NCBI GenBank assembly: GCA_963809485.1
Contig: CAWEJX010000001.1
Coordinates: 96,001-160,000 of the forward strand
Direction of reading: 5' to 3'
Length of the DNA stretch: 64,000 bases
Source of the DNA: an uncultured Acidobacteriota bacterium
GTDB taxonomy: Bacteria; Acidobacteriota; UBA6911
Made by a program: the position numbers and the translations under genes
The notes under the pieces: generated by a model
Told to the model about the DNA's origin: nothing
The model's input: the letters and a program-made list of their open reading frames with translations, nothing else
Databases searched by the model: none
Shown here: piece after piece, positions 29,969-41,570 of the stretch
How positions within the stretch are numbered: the stretch's first letter is position 1
Layout: each line of letters opens with the position of its first letter

Positions 29969-31017
29969 GCCGTCTTTCGGGTAAAAGAATTTTATCGGTA
30001 AGCCTCGTGTTGCTCGGCGCATGGTTCGTCGCGGCAATCGCCTCGCTGAACATCGGAAGCGTCCCGATACCTGCACGGACTTCCCTGAAACTTCTGGCGG
30101 GATGGTTAACAGGCGCCCATACGGGAGAGGATCCCCTGGAATCGGTTCTTTTCTCTGTGCGGCTGCCCCGTGTGCTTCTGGGTTCCCTGGTAGGGGCAGG
30201 CCTCGCTGCGGCGGGAACCGCTTTCCAATCTTTGCTGCGCAATCCTCTGGCGGATCCTTATGTGCTCGGAGTATCTACAGGCGCGTCCATGGGAACAATC
30301 CTCTATTCCATTTTTGCCGGCTGGCTGGGATTCGCCGCGGGGGCAGGCGGATTTGTGTATGGCCGCCCTCTTGCCGCATTTCTGGGCGCCGTCTTCACGA
30401 TCGGGGCGGTATATATGGTCGCATCCGGACCCCATCGCAACGGGGAGAGCTCGCAACGGCTGTTGCTCGCGGGAATCGTGCTGGCTTCGTTCCTTTCCTC
30501 CATCAATGTTTTCCTCCTGACCAGCACCAGCCAGGCGGATCTGCGCGGGATTTTCTACTGGCTGATCGGGGACCTCAGCCGCCCGGTGGACGCCTCGATT
30601 TACCCGGTAACCGCGCTGGTTTTTGCGGGATTCTTTCTCCTTTGCCTTTTTTCGCACAGCCTGAATCTGATCGGGATGGGAGAGGAAGACGCGCTGATTC
30701 TCGGCATCGAAGTACGGCGAGTGAAGACCTGTGTTTACATCATCGCCTCTCTGATCACCGGGGCTGTCGTCTCCGTCAGTGGTCCTATCGCCTACATCGG
30801 GCTAATCTGCCCGCACATGGGGCGGATGCTTTTCGGCAGCGACAACCGGATCCTGTTTCCCACCGTGTTTATCTTCGGAGCAATTTTCACCCTCCTGGCC
30901 GACACTCTGGCAAGAACCATTCTCTCGCCCGCAGAGCTTCCTGTCGGCATCGTGACCGCCCTGTGTGGAGCCCCCCTTTTCATATACCTGCTGCGCCGTA
31001 AAGGGAGGAACTCATGA
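29965..31017 (+). CDS. btuC: Cobalamin ABC transporter permease (FecCD family)
   Basis: VRLPR, RNPLADPYVLGVS and ELPVGIVTA motifs. Confidence 0.85.
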   Translation: MSRLSGKRILSVSLVLLGAWFVAAIASLNIGSVPIPARTSLKLLAGWLTGAHTGEDPLESVLFSVRLPRVLLGSLVGAGLAAAGTAFQSLLRNPLADPYVLGVSTGASMGTILYSIFAGWLGFAAGAGGFVYGRPLAAFLGAVFTIGAVYMVASGPHRNGESSQRLLLAGIVLASFLSSINVFLLTSTSQADLRGIFYWLIGDLSRPVDASIYPVTALVFAGFFLLCLFSHSLNLIGMGEEDALILGIEVRRVKTCVYIIASLITGAVVSVSGPIAYIGLICPHMGRMLFGSDNRILFPTVFIFGAIFTLLADTLARTILSPAELPVGIVTALCGAPLFIYLLRRKGRNS

Positions 31018-31808
31018 ACCGGGGAAAAGTGATGCTGGAAGCCCGAGGGGTGAGTTTCAGTTACCACCGGCCGATCGTGCGGGATATTTCTTTTAGCCTG
31101 GGACCGGGGACCGTGACGGGAATCATCGGTCCCAATGGCTCCGGAAAGACGACGATCCTGCGCCTCCTTGATGGAATCGTGCCTCCGCTCTCCGGACAGA
31201 TTCTTCTTGGGGCGGATCGTCCTCTTTCCGGCTTGAGCCGGAAGGAGATCGCGCGCCACATCGCGATGGTCCCGCAGAACGGCGGTTCGTACCACTACCA
31301 GACGGTTTTTCAGTTTGCGATTCAGGGAAGGTCCCCGCACCTCTCGCTATTGGCTTTTGAGAGCCTCCAGGACGAGAAGATCGCCCTCGAAGCGCTGGAA
31401 ATGACGCAGCTCATGCAGTATCGGAATACGCGCGTTTCCCAAATTTCCGGTGGTGAAAAACAGCGCCTGCTGCTTGCCCGGGCGCTGGCCCAGCAGACAG
31501 AAATCCTGCTTTTGGATGAGTTCACAGCCAACCTGGATATCAACTATCAGGTGGAATTGATGCGGCTGGTTCAGCGTATAACGAAGGAAAAGAGCCTCGC
31601 GACGCTCGTCGTATCGCACGAAATCAATCTCCTGGGAACTTTTTGCGACCGGATCATCCTCATGAGCCAGGGAGTGATCCGCTGCCAGGGCAGTGTCCAG
31701 GAAGTCCTGACGCAGGAGAACCTGAAATCAATTTTTGGTCTCGATTTCTCCATACGCCCTCTCCCCGGCGAAAAGGTGGAAATCGCCCCTGTCATCAATA
31801 AGGATTAA
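31014..31808 (+). CDS. btuD: Cobalamin ABC transporter ATPase
   Basis: GPNGSGKTT, ISGGEKQR and LLLDE motifs. Confidence 0.85.
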   Translation: MNRGKVMLEARGVSFSYHRPIVRDISFSLGPGTVTGIIGPNGSGKTTILRLLDGIVPPLSGQILLGADRPLSGLSRKEIARHIAMVPQNGGSYHYQTVFQFAIQGRSPHLSLLAFESLQDEKIALEALEMTQLMQYRNTRVSQISGGEKQRLLLARALAQQTEILLLDEFTANLDINYQVELMRLVQRITKEKSLATLVVSHEINLLGTFCDRIILMSQGVIRCQGSVQEVLTQENLKSIFGLDFSIRPLPGEKVEIAPVINKD

Positions 31809-31812
31809 AGCC

Positions 31813-34071
31813 ATGAAAGCCTTAAAAATGCCAAAATGCCTGGCTGTTATCGCTGCCTCTGTTTTTATTGTCACCATCCTGCCTGCCCAGCTCAGGGCAC
31901 ATCCCACCGGGGATACACCGGCGGAGGCTCAAAAAATCTCAGGAACGATCGTGGATCCCAGCGGAGCGCCTCTGCCTCAAACTCTGGTTGAGATCCGAGA
32001 TAGCCAGGGAAAGCTCGTTGCCGATACGCGGACCAATGGCAGGGGGGAGTTTTCGCTGGTTTTGCCGGAAGGGGAATATAGGATGTCGGCAACCATGGCG
32101 GGGTTTGCCGCCGTCAAGGACAGAATCGTGCAGGTGCCTTCCGAGACGGCCCCGCTGGAACTGACGCTGCAAATCTCATCGCCGCAGGAGCAGGTTGTCG
32201 TGACGGCGACGAGGACAGAAACGCCGCTGTCGCAGATTGGCAGCAGCACGACAGTAATTTCCGGGGAGGCGCTTTCGCTGAAGGGCATGTCCTCGGTATC
32301 GGAGGCCTTGAGGGAAGTCGCAGGAATTGCGGTCGTTCAAAGCGGCGGCGTGGGGACCGTGACATCCCTGTTCTTGCGGGGAGGCGAATCGGATTACACC
32401 AAAATACTCATCGATGGAATTCCAATGAATGAGCCGGGAGGTAGCTACAACTTTGCCAACCTGTCCACCTCGGATATTGACCGCATTGAGGTGGTGCGCG
32501 GTCCTCAGAGCGCGCTGTTCGGCTCGGATGCCATCTCGGGAGCCATCCAGATCTTCACCAAACGGGGAAAAGGCGAAGGATTGTCGCCCAAACCGTCGGT
32601 AATGGTTGAAGGCGGCACCTATTCGACCTTGCGTTACGGCGGGGGGGTAGAAGGAAGCAGCAGCTGGATGGACTACTCGGCTTCGTTCTCGCGGATGGAC
32701 ACCGACAATAACGTCGCGAACGGTTCCTTCAATCAGACAACCATTACGGGGAACCTGGGATTCCAGCTGTCCCGCAAAACCGAGCTTCGGGCTGTCTTTC
32801 GCAGCGAGGCCGGCCGTTCGGGAGTCCCGGGGCCGTGGGCATTCGAGCGCCCTGATCTTGACGCCTATTACGAGCACAGGCAGGAGTCGGGGGCTCTCAC
32901 CATGACTCATTTCCAGACGCCGGCGTGGACGCAAAGGCTCTCCTACACCGTGAACGATTCTCGCCAGTTCTCGGCGAACCCGCTGGATTCCGGGAGCTAT
33001 ACACCGCAATACCAGGGCCGCGTCGCCCCCTTTCCATACTCCGACTGGGTTTATGAACACCTGAACCAGACGCGGCGCCAGAAGGTGAACTATCAGAGCG
33101 ACCTGATCCTGCCCCGCGGGCACTTCCTGACGGCAGGCGTCGATTACGAACACGAATCGGGAATTGTGGGAGACCCCAATTACAATCCCGGCTCCGCCTC
33201 GCGGGATAATTACGGCGGATTTATCCAGGACCAGTGGGCTTTGAGAAACCGCCTCTTTGCAACTGCAGGGGTTCGCCTGGATCAAAACGACAGCTTCGGA
33301 TTTTACGCCTCTCCCCGTGTCTCCCTGGCACTGCTGGCACGGCCCGCCGACGCGAAAAGATTCTGGGGGATGACAAAAATCAAGGCCAATTTCGGCCTTG
33401 GCATCAAAGAGCCTACCCTTCTGGAGTCGTATAGCACGTCCATCTATTACATGGGCAATCCGGATCTTCGGCCGGAAAAAACGACCAGTTACGATGCGGG
33501 GATCGAGCAGCAAATTAACTCCGGCCGCGGCGTCCTGGAGTTGACCTATTTCCAGAATCACTTCCGTGACCAGATCGGCTTTTCGATAACCGACTACTCG
33601 ACCTTTGCCGGTTCCTACTTCAACATGGGAAAATCCCGGGCGCGCGGTATGGAGGCCTCCGCGCGATACGGTTTTCGATGGAACCTGGAGATCGGGGGGA
33701 CCTACACATTCCTGGATTCTGAAGTTCTGGAAGCCTCAGGCAGTTCCGATCCCGCGTTTGCCAAAGGGCAGGAACTCTTCCGCCGCCCCCGGCATTCAGG
33801 CTACCTGGATTTGCGCTGGAAGCCCGGACGTCTGACGTTGGGCGCAAGCGCAATCATGGTCGGATCCCGCGTGGATTCCGATTTTTCCGGACTGGGCATA
33901 ACGAGGAATGAAGGCTACAGCGTGCTGAACCTGATGGCGAATTTTAGGCTCATCGGCGATATGTCGCTCTTTGCCACGCTCAACAATGTCACCGACGAGT
34001 TCTATATGGAAGCGCTGGGCTATCCATCGCTGGGCAGGCATTTCCGCATCGGCCTGCGCGCCGGCTTTTAG
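31813..34071 (+). CDS. btuB: TonB-dependent cobalamin receptor with N-terminal carboxypeptidase-regulatory-like domain
   Basis: ISGTIVDPSGAPL N-domain, VVVTATR, plug motif RIEVVRGPQSALFG, terminal Phe. Confidence 0.85.
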   Translation: MKALKMPKCLAVIAASVFIVTILPAQLRAHPTGDTPAEAQKISGTIVDPSGAPLPQTLVEIRDSQGKLVADTRTNGRGEFSLVLPEGEYRMSATMAGFAAVKDRIVQVPSETAPLELTLQISSPQEQVVVTATRTETPLSQIGSSTTVISGEALSLKGMSSVSEALREVAGIAVVQSGGVGTVTSLFLRGGESDYTKILIDGIPMNEPGGSYNFANLSTSDIDRIEVVRGPQSALFGSDAISGAIQIFTKRGKGEGLSPKPSVMVEGGTYSTLRYGGGVEGSSSWMDYSASFSRMDTDNNVANGSFNQTTITGNLGFQLSRKTELRAVFRSEAGRSGVPGPWAFERPDLDAYYEHRQESGALTMTHFQTPAWTQRLSYTVNDSRQFSANPLDSGSYTPQYQGRVAPFPYSDWVYEHLNQTRRQKVNYQSDLILPRGHFLTAGVDYEHESGIVGDPNYNPGSASRDNYGGFIQDQWALRNRLFATAGVRLDQNDSFGFYASPRVSLALLARPADAKRFWGMTKIKANFGLGIKEPTLLESYSTSIYYMGNPDLRPEKTTSYDAGIEQQINSGRGVLELTYFQNHFRDQIGFSITDYSTFAGSYFNMGKSRARGMEASARYGFRWNLEIGGTYTFLDSEVLEASGSSDPAFAKGQELFRRPRHSGYLDLRWKPGRLTLGASAIMVGSRVDSDFSGLGITRNEGYSVLNLMANFRLIGDMSLFATLNNVTDEFYMEALGYPSLGRHFRIGLRAGF

Positions 34072-34464
34072 TCAGCTACCTCCGGCAAAGCCTGAGGATT
34101 GAAAGATTTGAACCGCTCAAAGCGGTTGGACTAGTTACGCCGGTCTTGAACGCTGACTTACGCGGGCAAAAGCCGATGAGGCGCTTCCGATCCCCGCAGG
34201 GGCCAGCGCTCCGCGCTGGAAGTTTTCGCGGCGGCGTGGCAAGCGCCGTGCGGCAAGTAGATGAAGGGTATGAGAAACTGGGCGTTTGCCACAGTGCCAC
34301 CGCAGAAAACTCCATCGGAAGCGCCTCATCGGTTTTTGTTCGCCGACCCTCGCCGAACAAATCCACGTTTGTCAGCGCTTTTGTCAGCGTTTCTCAGCGT
34401 TTCAAAATACGGAACTGTCAAACTCTTTGAGTCTCCCGGCAGAGCCGGGGATTTTCGATGTATT
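34070..34464 (-). mobile_element. Non-autonomous IS200/IS605-like element, family A copy 3
   Basis: Same ends and inner cassette as 23899-24280, with substitutions and a shortened left arm of the innermost stem; lies between the convergent btuB and tolC-domain stops. Confidence 0.8.
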
Positions 34465-34468
34465 CAGA

Positions 34469-37400
34469 CTAAGGATTCAGCGTGATCTGATGGGTCTCCA
34501 AGGTGCGCGCGATGGAACGATCCACGTTGGCGATGGCCTCTGCCAGATTCGCGCGGGCGCGGACTTCGCTGATGCGCGCGATGACATAGCTGTTTTGCCG
34601 CTCGAGCACAAGATACATGGTGGTCGTGCCGGACTGGAACTGGCGCTGCTCGCTGGCATATTGCTCCAGCGCGCTCTGAGCAGCCATTTGCGCGGCATCA
34701 TATCGGGCGCGCGCCGAGTTCAGCTGTTCCAGCGCATTGCGCACATCCGCGGCTACGTACATTTCCAGCTGTTTCCTTACAAGCTGCAGCCTTCGGCCCT
34801 CCGCCAGGGCGGTTGCCGCATTCGCTTCAGCCGTGCGGTTGGACAGGGGCAGTGAAATCTGTATTCCCGCCTTGAAAGTCGGGAAGTTCCCGGCCCAGAT
34901 GTTATATAGCGACTGCCGGTTGCCCCCTATGAGGACTTCTGCCACCTGTCCTCCGGGAAAACCCGGGAATGGCGAGAACTCCTGGGCGTTCCCGCCAGAC
35001 CGGATGCCGTGGCGGTGCCGAACAGGTCCACCTGCGGCTTTTTCTGGTCCTTGTAGAAGCGCGTGTCGATTTTGTTGATATCCAGACTAATGGAGTTTCC
35101 GGACAACTCCGGACGGGAAGCCAACGCCTGTTTCAGGGCCTCTTCGAGCGGCGGCGCCGAAGCGTCCGGATTTTGCTGTATCTCGGGGATCAGCGCCTCA
35201 TTCCACATCGGATCTTCTGTGCCGCTCAGCATCATCTGCTTCAAATTATTCTCGGCCGCCGTCAGCGTTTCCTGCGAAAGCGCCAGGGTTTGCCGGTAGG
35301 TCGCCACCTGTCTCTGCGCGGCGATAATTTCAATCGGCGCCAGCAGCCCCTGTTCCACCTGCCGGCGGTTGCTTTCGTACTGCTCCGTGGCAAGCCTCAC
35401 GGCTTCGGTCTGCACTTCAAGGTTCTGCCAGGCATAGACCAGTTCCCAGTAAAACTGCACCGCCTGCGTGATCCGCTCGATCACCTTCTGGCGCAACTGT
35501 TCGGCGCTGAGATCCCGGTTTTTTTTCGCCACCAGCAGCGAGTGCCGCCCTGCGTCTATGCGCAGATCGCGCCAGAGCGGCTGGGTGAAATTCAGAGACA
35601 GCGAAGAAGGATACTGGGGATTGAGCGTGGTGAAACTGCTGTCGTTGGTCTGCTTGGAATCGTTGAAGGTCAAGCTGTAAGAAGTTCCCAGCCAGGGCGA
35701 GAGGCCGGTCAGTTTGGGCGTGAACGTGAAATCAGTCGAGGTGAGCTTGCCGCTTTCGGAACCGCCGATGATCGTGGCAATCGGTGTCTGGGTGCGGGAT
35801 TTGAACCCGTCCAGAGTGAAAACCGGATCAAAATAGCCTTTTGCGCCTTTTACACCATGCCCTGCTTTTTCAACGGATATATAAGAGATCGCAAGCTCCG
35901 GGTCATTGGCCAATACCCTTTCGATGGCCTCTTTTAGGGTAAGATTTGTTTTGCCCTGCACCCCGATTCGCGGAGCTATTTTAAACGGCTTCATCGGCTG
36001 CAAATCGACGGACTGCGGCAAGTCCGTCTTCAGAGCCGTCACGGGCGTTTGAGCCGGGGAGGCTGAAACAAAGACGACCCAAAGCGATACAATTGCTGCG
36101 GCCTTCGCCGCCTGTCTGGCCTTCCAGGGAAAAGTGCGGATGGAGCGCAGCCGGTTCGCCAGATCCTCCCAAAGGGAATAGAAAACTGGAACGGCCAGCA
36201 GCGTAAGAGCCAGACAGAGGGTCTGTCCGCCCGCCACCATGACGCCTATGGAGTGGTTGGTCGTTGCGCCGGCTCCACGCGAAAGCAAAAGCGGAATCAT
36301 GCCGCACACCAGAGCGAGGGTCGTCATCAGGATCGGCCGCAAACGGTCCCGGTTTGCCTGGATGATGGCCTCGTAGCGGTTCATTCCCGCTGCACGCAAC
36401 CCATTGGTGTGGTCGATCTGCAGAATTGCGTTCTTCTTAACAATGCCGAACAGCAGCAGCAATCCCAAGTCCTGAGAAGACGTTGATGCTCTGGGCGGTA
36501 ACGAGCATGGAAAAGAGACCAAAGGGTATGGCCAGGGGAAGAGAGATCAGAATCGTGACAGGGTGAATAAAGGATTCGAACTGGGCGGCAAGCGCGATGT
36601 ACATGAAGATGAAGGCCAGCGCGAAAGCAATCCCGAAATTGTAGAACAGCTCGTTCATTCTCTCGAGTCATACCGGAAGGGGCTCCTCTATAGTCCGGTC
36701 CCATGTTCAATCCCTGGACCAGGCGGTCAAAGCCGTTCACGGCAGCGGATTGGGATCCGCCGGCTAAAAGGTTGCCTGTGATTTCGACGATACGTTGCCG
36801 GTTGAGCCGCTTGACGGAAGATGGCCCCGCAGCTGGTGCGGCTGCGCACGACCTCGTTCAAGCCAACCGATCCGTTCTTGGTGGATGCCACAGTCAGCTT
36901 TTCCAAGCCCTCCAGTGGATCCGCGGAAACGATCTTCGGCCCGCACGACGACATCATATTGATCGTCGCCTGCGCTGAAGGTGCTGGCTGTCTGCCCGGC
37001 AACCAGAGTATTGAGCGCCTGCTGGATGTCCTGCACGGAAACTCCGAGGTCGGCAGCTCTCGATCGATCGATATCCAGACTTACTTCCGGTTTGCCGGTC
37101 CGAAGTGAACTGTCCAGGTCTCCCAAGCCGGGTATTGTTTTCGCCTGGGCGATGAGTTTATCGGAATACTCCCCGAGCTTTTTCAGGTCCGGGCCCTGCA
37201 GAAACGTACTGGATGTCGGACATTCCCGGCCCGCCGCCTCCCATCCCGGTCGCGGCGACAACCGATAGGAAGATATTGGAGGATGGTTTTTAAGGATGTC
37301 CCGAACCTTTGTAGCCATATCTTCGGACGACAACTTGCGATCTCCAATGTCCACGCAGCTTGACGAAAATTGAGGCTTCATTGATGGCTCCGCTGGAACT

Positions 37401-39207
37401 TCCGCCCACGGTCGTAAGAGTGTGGGTCACACCCTCCAGGGACCGGACGGTGCGGGCGACGCTTTCGGAATACTTTGTGGTTGCGGCCAGGGAGCTTCCT
37501 TCGGGAAGCCGTATGCTGATGTTGAATTGTGACTGGTCGTCCCTGGGGATCATGTTTTTGCCGATCATCATGAACAGAGGCGCGATGCTGAGTACAACCA
37601 GGAGACAGCCAACGACAATGGTCTTGCGGTGGCCCATGGACCATACCAATGCTTTCGTATAGGTGGTATCCAGGATTCGGAAAAAGCGCGTATCTTTCGA
37701 CTTGTGGCCCGAACTTATCGGCGGACGGCCGGACAAAGCGAGAACACAGCATGGGGGTCAGGGTGAAGGACACCAGCAGCGAAACAACCACGGCTCCCGG
37801 CGCAGGTGAAGCCAAAGGCGCCCAGAAACTTTCCCGCCATTCCGCCCATGAATCCTACCGGCAGAAAAACGGCCAGCAGGGATACGGTTGTCGCCAGCAC
37901 CGCAAGCCCGATTTCTTTGGTGCCGTGGACAGCCGCCTCGAAGGGCCCCATTCCCTTCTCTTCCATGTAGCGATAGATATTTTCGAGCACAATGATGGCA
38001 TCGTCGACCACCACTCCGACCATCAGCGTGAGGGCAAGCATGGTGATCTGGTTCATGGTGTAATGCATGATCGCCATGAGAGAAAAGGCGGAGATGATCG
38101 AGACCGGGATCGCGATGGCCGCGATCACCGTCGTGCGCCAGTTGGCCAGAAAGAAAAACAGGACGATGGCCGCGAGCAGGCTTCCCTCGAACAGGTGATT
38201 TCGGATGCCGTTGATGGCAGGCTTCAATGAAAATCGATCCGTCATTGATGATCTGGATTTTGACATCCTTGGGCAGAGTCTCCTGGATCTGTGCCAGGCG
38301 TTCCTTGACGGCGTGGACAACCTCCACCGTGTTCGTTCCCGACTGCTTGGAAATTGCCAGCTGCACTGCGGGCACACCGTCCAGCCGCACTGCGGTGGTT
38401 GGCTCCTTGGTGCTGTCCTTCGCAAACCCCATGTCGCTGACCTTAACCTGATAGCCATTTCTTGTGGTGACCACAACGTTGTTGAAATCGCCGGGTCTTT
38501 GATCTTCCCGGAAGTCCGGATCGTCAGATCCTCTGCGCCCGCTTTTCAGGCTTCCTCCGGGCATCTCCATGTTTTGAATTCTCAGACGCATTGAAGACAT
38601 CCGTGACCGATGAGATTGTAGGCGCGCAGGCGCTCCGGGTTGACGATGATGTGGATTTCACGATCCGCGCCACCCTGTATCTGGACCTGGCCGACACCCT
38701 CGCAGTTCTCCAGTCTCTGTTTGATCAGCTTGTCGGCGATCATGGTCACGTCGCGCGTGGAGCGGGGCGCCGATACGGCGATCTGCAAAACCGAGCCTGC
38801 ATCCGGATCCATTTTCGATACGACCGGGACTTCGGCGCTTGAGGGCAGCTCGTTGACAATCTGGTTGACCTTATTCTGGACTTCCTCGGCCGCGACGATG
38901 CCGCTCTTGGAAAGATCGAATTCGATCCGGACTACGGATATTCCTTCCGACGAAGTGGAGCTGATTTCATCCAGCCCGTTGATGCTGTTGACGGCATCCT
39001 CGATTTTCCTGGTGATCTCGGTCTCGATCTCCTCCGGTGAGGCGCCGAGATTCACGGTGGTCACGGCCACCATCGGAGCATCGACGTTCGGCATCCGGTC
39101 TACGCCGAGCGAAGAGTAGGTAGAAGATCCCGGCCACGACGAACGACAACATCAACATGGTCGCGAAAACGGGGCGCTTGATGCAGAGTCTGTGCTAATG
39201 CATGCAT
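34469..39207 (-). CDS. RND efflux permease (AcrB-like) fused to a TolC-like outer-membrane factor; many frameshifts
   Basis: Fragments read [50 protein letters not shown] and RLRPILMTT, then continue in frame into an OEP/TolC domain. More than ten single-base indels. Confidence 0.8.
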
Positions 39208-39228
39208 GATAAAGAACCCTTTCGGTTA

Positions 39229-40520
39229 TTAACGGGTAGCGATAGACGCCCCGTCGTATAAACTGGCCTGGTTATCGGTGACGACCGTCTCGTTCCCCGT
39301 AAGCCCGGTGAGAATCCGTAATCTGATCGCCGTCGGTGTCCCCTTTCAGGACAACATTCAGGTGGGCGACGCCATTGACCAACACTGTAAATGTGATTTG
39401 CATCGGTCGTGCTGTCGTAGAAAACAGCTTTTGCAGGCACGAAGACCGCCCGCTCCATGCCCGGCAGCATCAATTTTGCATTGGCGAACATGCCCGGGCG
39501 GAGTTCCGCTTTGGGATTCTCGAACCGGGCTTCGACCATGAATGCGCGTGAGCTTGGAATTTACGGAAGGCACAACCGCATGAACCTTGCCGGTGAAGTC
39601 CCGGTTCGGATACGCGGCGACGCGAGCCGTCACGGCCATGCCGGTTTTCACTTCGGCGGCGCGCTGTTCGGGAACCTTCAGCTGAAGCCGCACCGTGGAA
39701 ATGCGCACAAGAGTAGCCGACCTTGTTGTTCGTTCCCACCCATTGCCCGGCCGATACCGGCCGTTCGGTGATATACCCGTCGAAGGGAGCCCGGACCGTT
39801 GTGTCTTCCAGGTTCTTTTCAGCTTGCGCCAGTCTGCGATTCGGCGGCCGTCAGAGATGCCTGGGCAGCCTCGATTGCGCGGTAGTTCTGGCGCGCTGCG
39901 TTGACCTGCGCCTCGTATTGTTTCCGGGCGGAATTGGCCGCAGCTTCAGCCGTCTGCTGCTGCGTTTTGAACTTTTCGTAGTTGCTTTGGGAAACGTCCC
40001 CGCTCTTGACCAGGTTTGCGTATCGCTGCGCGTCCGCGGCCGCCAGCTTGGCCGATGCCAGGGCGGATTCATAGGCAGCCATCGACGACGCCACCTCCGG
40101 AACCAGATCGGGATTGAAATCGCCGTCGCCGCTCCAGCCGACCCTTGATTGCGCCTGGTTCAATAGGAATTTCGCCTGCTCCCGGCCCGCCCGCGCCTGT
40201 TCAAGCCTCAATTGTGCATCGCGCTGTTCCAGGACGCAGATGGCCTGTCCCTTTCGGACATAATCCCCCACCTCAACGGGCGTCGATGCCACTCTTCCGC
40301 CGATTGCGGGCGCGACATCCGACGACTCCTCGGCAATGAACGCACCGGTCGCCTGGAAAGAACTCGGGACAGACCGAACCGCGGCCTTTGCTACAGTTAC
40401 GACGGGCTTTTGCGTCGCATCTTCCTTGGTTGAGGCGGGGCCACTTCGAGGGGGGCCAGGACATGCAGTCATAGATAAAACGATAATTAACAATGAAACG
40501 TAAAATCTGATCATATCCAA
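39229..40520 (-). CDS. RND efflux periplasmic adaptor (AcrA/MFP) lipoprotein; frameshifted
   Basis: Lipobox MTAC, VEVGDYVRKGQ, VRAPFDG and LRPGMFA motifs across frames; five single-base insertions. Confidence 0.85.
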
Positions 40521-40532
40521 CGTTTTGCCTTT

Positions 40533-41273
40533 CTATGCATTCACCGGGCGCCCGGCATGAGATTCAGGAGACACCGGTCTGTTTCGCCTGCGGGCAGGCT
40601 TACTGGATGCCCTTAACCCACCCAGGATCAGGCGTGTGAAACTCTCCGCCAGTTTCCCGTCCGACAGTTTGAGGCGATCCACCCCAAAGATGCTCTTGGC
40701 GAGCCCGTAATAGCTGGGCATGCTCAAGATCGCATGCACGGCGACATTGGGATCGCATTTTGCGAAGACGCCCTTTTTCTGCCGCTTCGTGATGTAATCG
40801 CAGATAAAATTATGCAGCGGCAGGACCCGCTGAGCCATGATTCTGGGCAGTGGATGCCCGGTCAGCACCGCCTGGTACATCAGCCTTTGAAACTGCGGTT
40901 CCTTCCGGTGCGACTGCAGTATTCTCTCCACCATCGATCGGACCAGGGCTTCGTCGTCCTCGCGCTCGGCATACCTACGCAGCTGCCCCTCCCACTCCTC
41001 CATCCCCGATTCCTTAGCGGAATAGTCGAGGATGTTCTTGTAGAGTTCCTCCTTGGTCGCGAAGTGCTGGAAGATGATGCCTTCGCTCACGCCTGCTGCG
41101 GCCGCGATGGATTTCGTGGTTGTCCCCTCGAATCCCCGCTCCGAAAATAATCGGACCGCAATCTTAAGCAGCTGTTCCCGGCGTTTTTCGGCCGGGAACC
41201 GTTTACGCCCCGGCGGCGGTTCCGGAGCCTGCGCACCCGTAACATTCATCTTCATATGTGTCCGTTCCCTCAT
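40533..41273 (-). CDS. TetR/AcrR family transcriptional regulator
   Basis: LFSERGFEGTTTKSIAAAAGVSEGIIFQHFATKEEL HTH motif. Confidence 0.92.
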   Translation of the reverse strand: MRERTHMKMNVTGAQAPEPPPGRKRFPAEKRREQLLKIAVRLFSERGFEGTTTKSIAAAAGVSEGIIFQHFATKEELYKNILDYSAKESGMEEWEGQLRRYAEREDDEALVRSMVERILQSHRKEPQFQRLMYQAVLTGHPLPRIMAQRVLPLHNFICDYITKRQKKGVFAKCDPNVAVHAILSMPSYYGLAKSIFGVDRLKLSDGKLAESFTRLILGGLRASSKPARRRNRPVSPESHAGRPVNA

Positions 41274-41277
41274 CTAT

Positions 41278-41322
41278 ATAAGTGAGTGCATACTTATTAT
41301 CGTCTGGAGTCTTCCCCGTCAA
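41278..41322 (-). promoter_or_regulatory. Putative tetR-efflux promoter with operator palindrome
   Basis: ATAAGT-N8-ACTTAT (41278-41297), overlapping a TTGACG-N15-GATAAT match on the minus strand. Confidence 0.5.
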
Positions 41323-41570
41323 GAGCGATTTTTGCTGAAACTTATCCGTTAGTGGGTTTTTTGTCCAATCTCCGGGGGTGGAATGCGGAAGGCCGGGCGA
41401 CTCCGGGCAATGCCGGAGGTTGAGCGTGGTCCGTTCAACGCGGCTTCAAAAGAGTCGGGGATCCCGGCCGCTGAAATATGCCGACCGTGGGCTTGCTTGT
41501 CAGTGTTAGCCGATTTGAAGTCCGCCAGACTCCGGGAGCCCCTCCAAAAAGCTGAGGTCTCGCCGATGCA

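Noticed and set aside
36381-39819. Programmed frameshifting or phase variation in the efflux genes
   Set aside because: The indels are too numerous and do not sit in long homopolymers or slippery heptamers; sequencing error is more parsimonious.
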